From: Saprolegnia diclina VS20
Taxonomy: Eukaryota
DNA length: 64,000 bases
Assembly: GCF_000281045.1 (NCBI RefSeq)
Contig: NW_008246090.1
Coordinates: 426,608 to 490,607, forward strand
Reading direction: 5' to 3'
The notes under the pieces were generated by a model, which saw only the letters and a program-made list of their open reading frames with translations, had not been told where the DNA came from and did no database searches. The position numbers were made by a program, and so were the translations under genes. This document shows positions 61,709-64,000 of this stretch, one piece after another. How positions within the stretch are numbered: position 1 is the stretch's first letter; each line of letters opens with the position of its first letter.

Positions 61709-63034
61709 TTAGAGCGGGCAGAGCTTCGACTCCATGCGCTTCACGGCCTGTGCGAGCCGGTCAATCTGCTCCGTGTGTTGACCAAGCGTCGCAAACATCG
61801 AGCCTTGTTGCGACGCCAAATGTTGCTGCGTCTCGGTCGTCTTGCAAAGTAGATCGAGCAGCATGTCTTGCATCTTTCCGTCGCCCTCGACCCCTTTGCT
61901 TGTCGGTTCGATGGGCGAGGACGTCACGGGCGGCAGCAGGTCGAGCATCGGCGGCATCGGGCCGAGCGATGGCGCCGGGCCAAAGTCGGGCGTGAGCCGC
62001 ACCGTCGGCGCTGGCTCAATCGACTTGATCAGCGACCGGTCGTCAAACGACGCGGCTTGGCGTCGCCGCCGATGCCGGTAGCGCAACTCGAAGACCCGGC
62101 GCTCCTCCATGTCCTTCATGATGCTTTGTGCGAGGCTCTCGAGCGTCCCGAGCTTTTCGCAGTCAGTGCGCGGCGCTGTATCAAACACGGCGAGCGTCCC
62201 GATTACGTGGCCGCCCGGTGTCGTCAATGGCGCGCCGGCGTAGAAGCGAACGCCGCTCTCGACGAGCGGGCTGCGCTCAAAACGCGAGTCCAGCGTGGCG
62301 TTGAGCACGGCTTGTGGCCGCCCCGAGGCGACCACCGCCTCGCAGAACGCGAGTTTTCGTGGCACCGACGTCTTGGCGAGCCCGAGCTTGGCCTTGAACC
62401 ACTGCCGGTCCTTGTCCATAAAGCTCACGACCGCGATCGGACACTCCATCGTGTTTGCCGCAAGGTCGCACCAGATGTTGAACGTCTCGTCCGGCGGCGA
62501 GTAGAGCACGTTATACGCCTGGAGCGCTTCGAGTCTATCGGCTTCGTTGGCTTTCTCAGCTGCGGCGTCCAAGTCCACCTCGTCGAGCGAAGCGCCTCGG
62601 TCGCGATGCAGCGAGTACTCGATGCTGGGCACGCCATCCTCGACGAGGGGCGAAAATAGTAAGAGGTCGTCGGCCACCGGGTCGGTCGTGAAGCGGTCCG
62701 AGTCGATCGTGTACGAGAGATGCGAGGAGACGGCGGCTTTGCGCTCGGGTGGGCCTTCGAACGCGCATGTGGCGCACGTCTTGATGGGCATGTGACGCTC
62801 GGGCGCCAAGTGGACGAGCTTGTGCAAGATGCATTCTTTGCAAAAGAGCTGCCCGCACTACAGTTGGTCAACGTAAGAGATCAGCACACACGGGCGCCGA
62901 CGTACGAGACGGCAGTGGTGGCGGCGGCGAAAGAGGTTGTGAAACTTCTTCGAGCACGCGTCACAGCGGTACCGCTCCTTCTTGGAGACCCATTGCGACG
63001 GCGGCAGAATGTCTTCGAAGCGGATCTCGTGCAT
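61709..63034 (-). CDS. FYVE-GAF-coiled-coil protein 4 (start uncertain), spliced
   Basis: RRHHCRL|CGQLFC, GAF (RQWFKA, RFYAGAP), tail LLDLLCKTTETQQHLASQQG...QIDRLAQAVKRMESKL. Confidence 0.85.
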
Positions 63035-64000
63035 GCGGAAGAACTTGGTAAGTGCTTCTTCGTTGCACCGTTGGACGAAGCGCCAGTGGCACCGCGCCCC
63101 ATCGAGATCATCATCGCGCAGTTGCCTTCTTGTGTGTAACCAGATCGAAGTTCGAAGGCGTGACGGGGCACGCCCTCCGGTCGCGGATCCCACACATCGA
63201 AGATTCGCAGGTAACCGCCAATCGGCAAACTCGCGATCGTCCAGCACTCGTGTCGTGCTCGCGACAGCGTGCAGGTAGAAGCGATCGGCGTGGCGTTAGG
63301 ACGCGATTCGAAGGAAACGTCATCGCTCAGGTGTGTGCGCCCGTCTGGCCCCAGTCGTTGAAGAAGGCCAGGCGTTTCTCACCCAAATCCCTCGCGGCTA
63401 CTTGCATTTGCCACATGCGCACTGGCGCGAAATTCATGGACCAAACGAGTGCGACGATCCAGTGACGGTGCTGCCCACAAAGCGCTCCACACAATGGCCG
63501 CTTGGGTTGTCGCTGCACGCTCCTATAACCGTAGGTCTCTGCTGCCACGTGGTGCGACGGCTCGCTGGACTTAAGCGTTTGCAGCGACGTCTCCTCCACC
63601 ACTCAAACGCCACCTTCTGTGGGGATCGACATCGTGGCACAAGCTCTCATCACCGTCGGTATGAGATTGCGACCCAGCCGCTCGTACTTCACGCGTTTCG
63701 AGGCGAGCGTAGCTGGCCCACCCACGTGCGTGCGTCTTGGTGCACATAATGGCTGCTTGCCGAGCACCTTCGACAATCGTACACGTGCCACCGACCTTCA
63801 ACAGCCCAAGACTCAGCCCAAGGTACTCGCGCGCACCTACTTGCACACGAGCGGCTTGAGCCTTCTCCACTAGTACGGTATATTACTGTATTATAGCAAC
63901 CAGTATCCAGTGACTGGCAACCGACTTCAACTCGGTCGCTGCTGCCGGCGCCAAAATGGCAACCAACGTGCGTCGATTTTTCACCAGATTTTCACGCTGC

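Noticed and set aside
1..64000. CRISPR arrays, rRNA, prokaryotic operons or autonomous transposon ORFs
   Set aside because: None seen; spliced eukaryotic genes throughout and no RT, integrase or transposase motifs recognised.

Overview
Eukaryotic, gene-dense, GC-rich DNA with many short (~40-55 nt) GT...TAG introns and two N-gaps. The gene content (FYVE-GAF fusions, fungal-type Jen transporters, GT71, ciliary genes) points to an oomycete, probably Saprolegnia-like; this is an inference. The left half holds mostly recognisable genes: GT71, a WD40-M20 (Dug2-like) inverted pair, PGAP2IP/Cwh43-like, LRRC45, PDE6D, WDR60, a CCT protein, a CLC channel, an APC transporter, a RING-kinase, WDR25-like, a secreted Cys-rich protein, an inverted Jen pair and dUTPase. 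The right half (38-63 kb) is a modular FYVE locus. It has four FYVE-GAF-coiled-coil genes, three 3xFYVE genes, and four short tandem ORFs that encode only the conserved C-terminal coiled-coil tail of the FYVE-GAF proteins (candidate microProtein regulators). All 13 FYVE domains share one intron position. Also seen: a tRNA-headed SINE-like insertion with a 15-bp target-site duplication, a candidate promoter motif TATCCGGA just upstream of five start codons, and three head-to-head inverted paralog pairs. Gene boundaries were read by eye and family names come from motif recognition; no searches were run.
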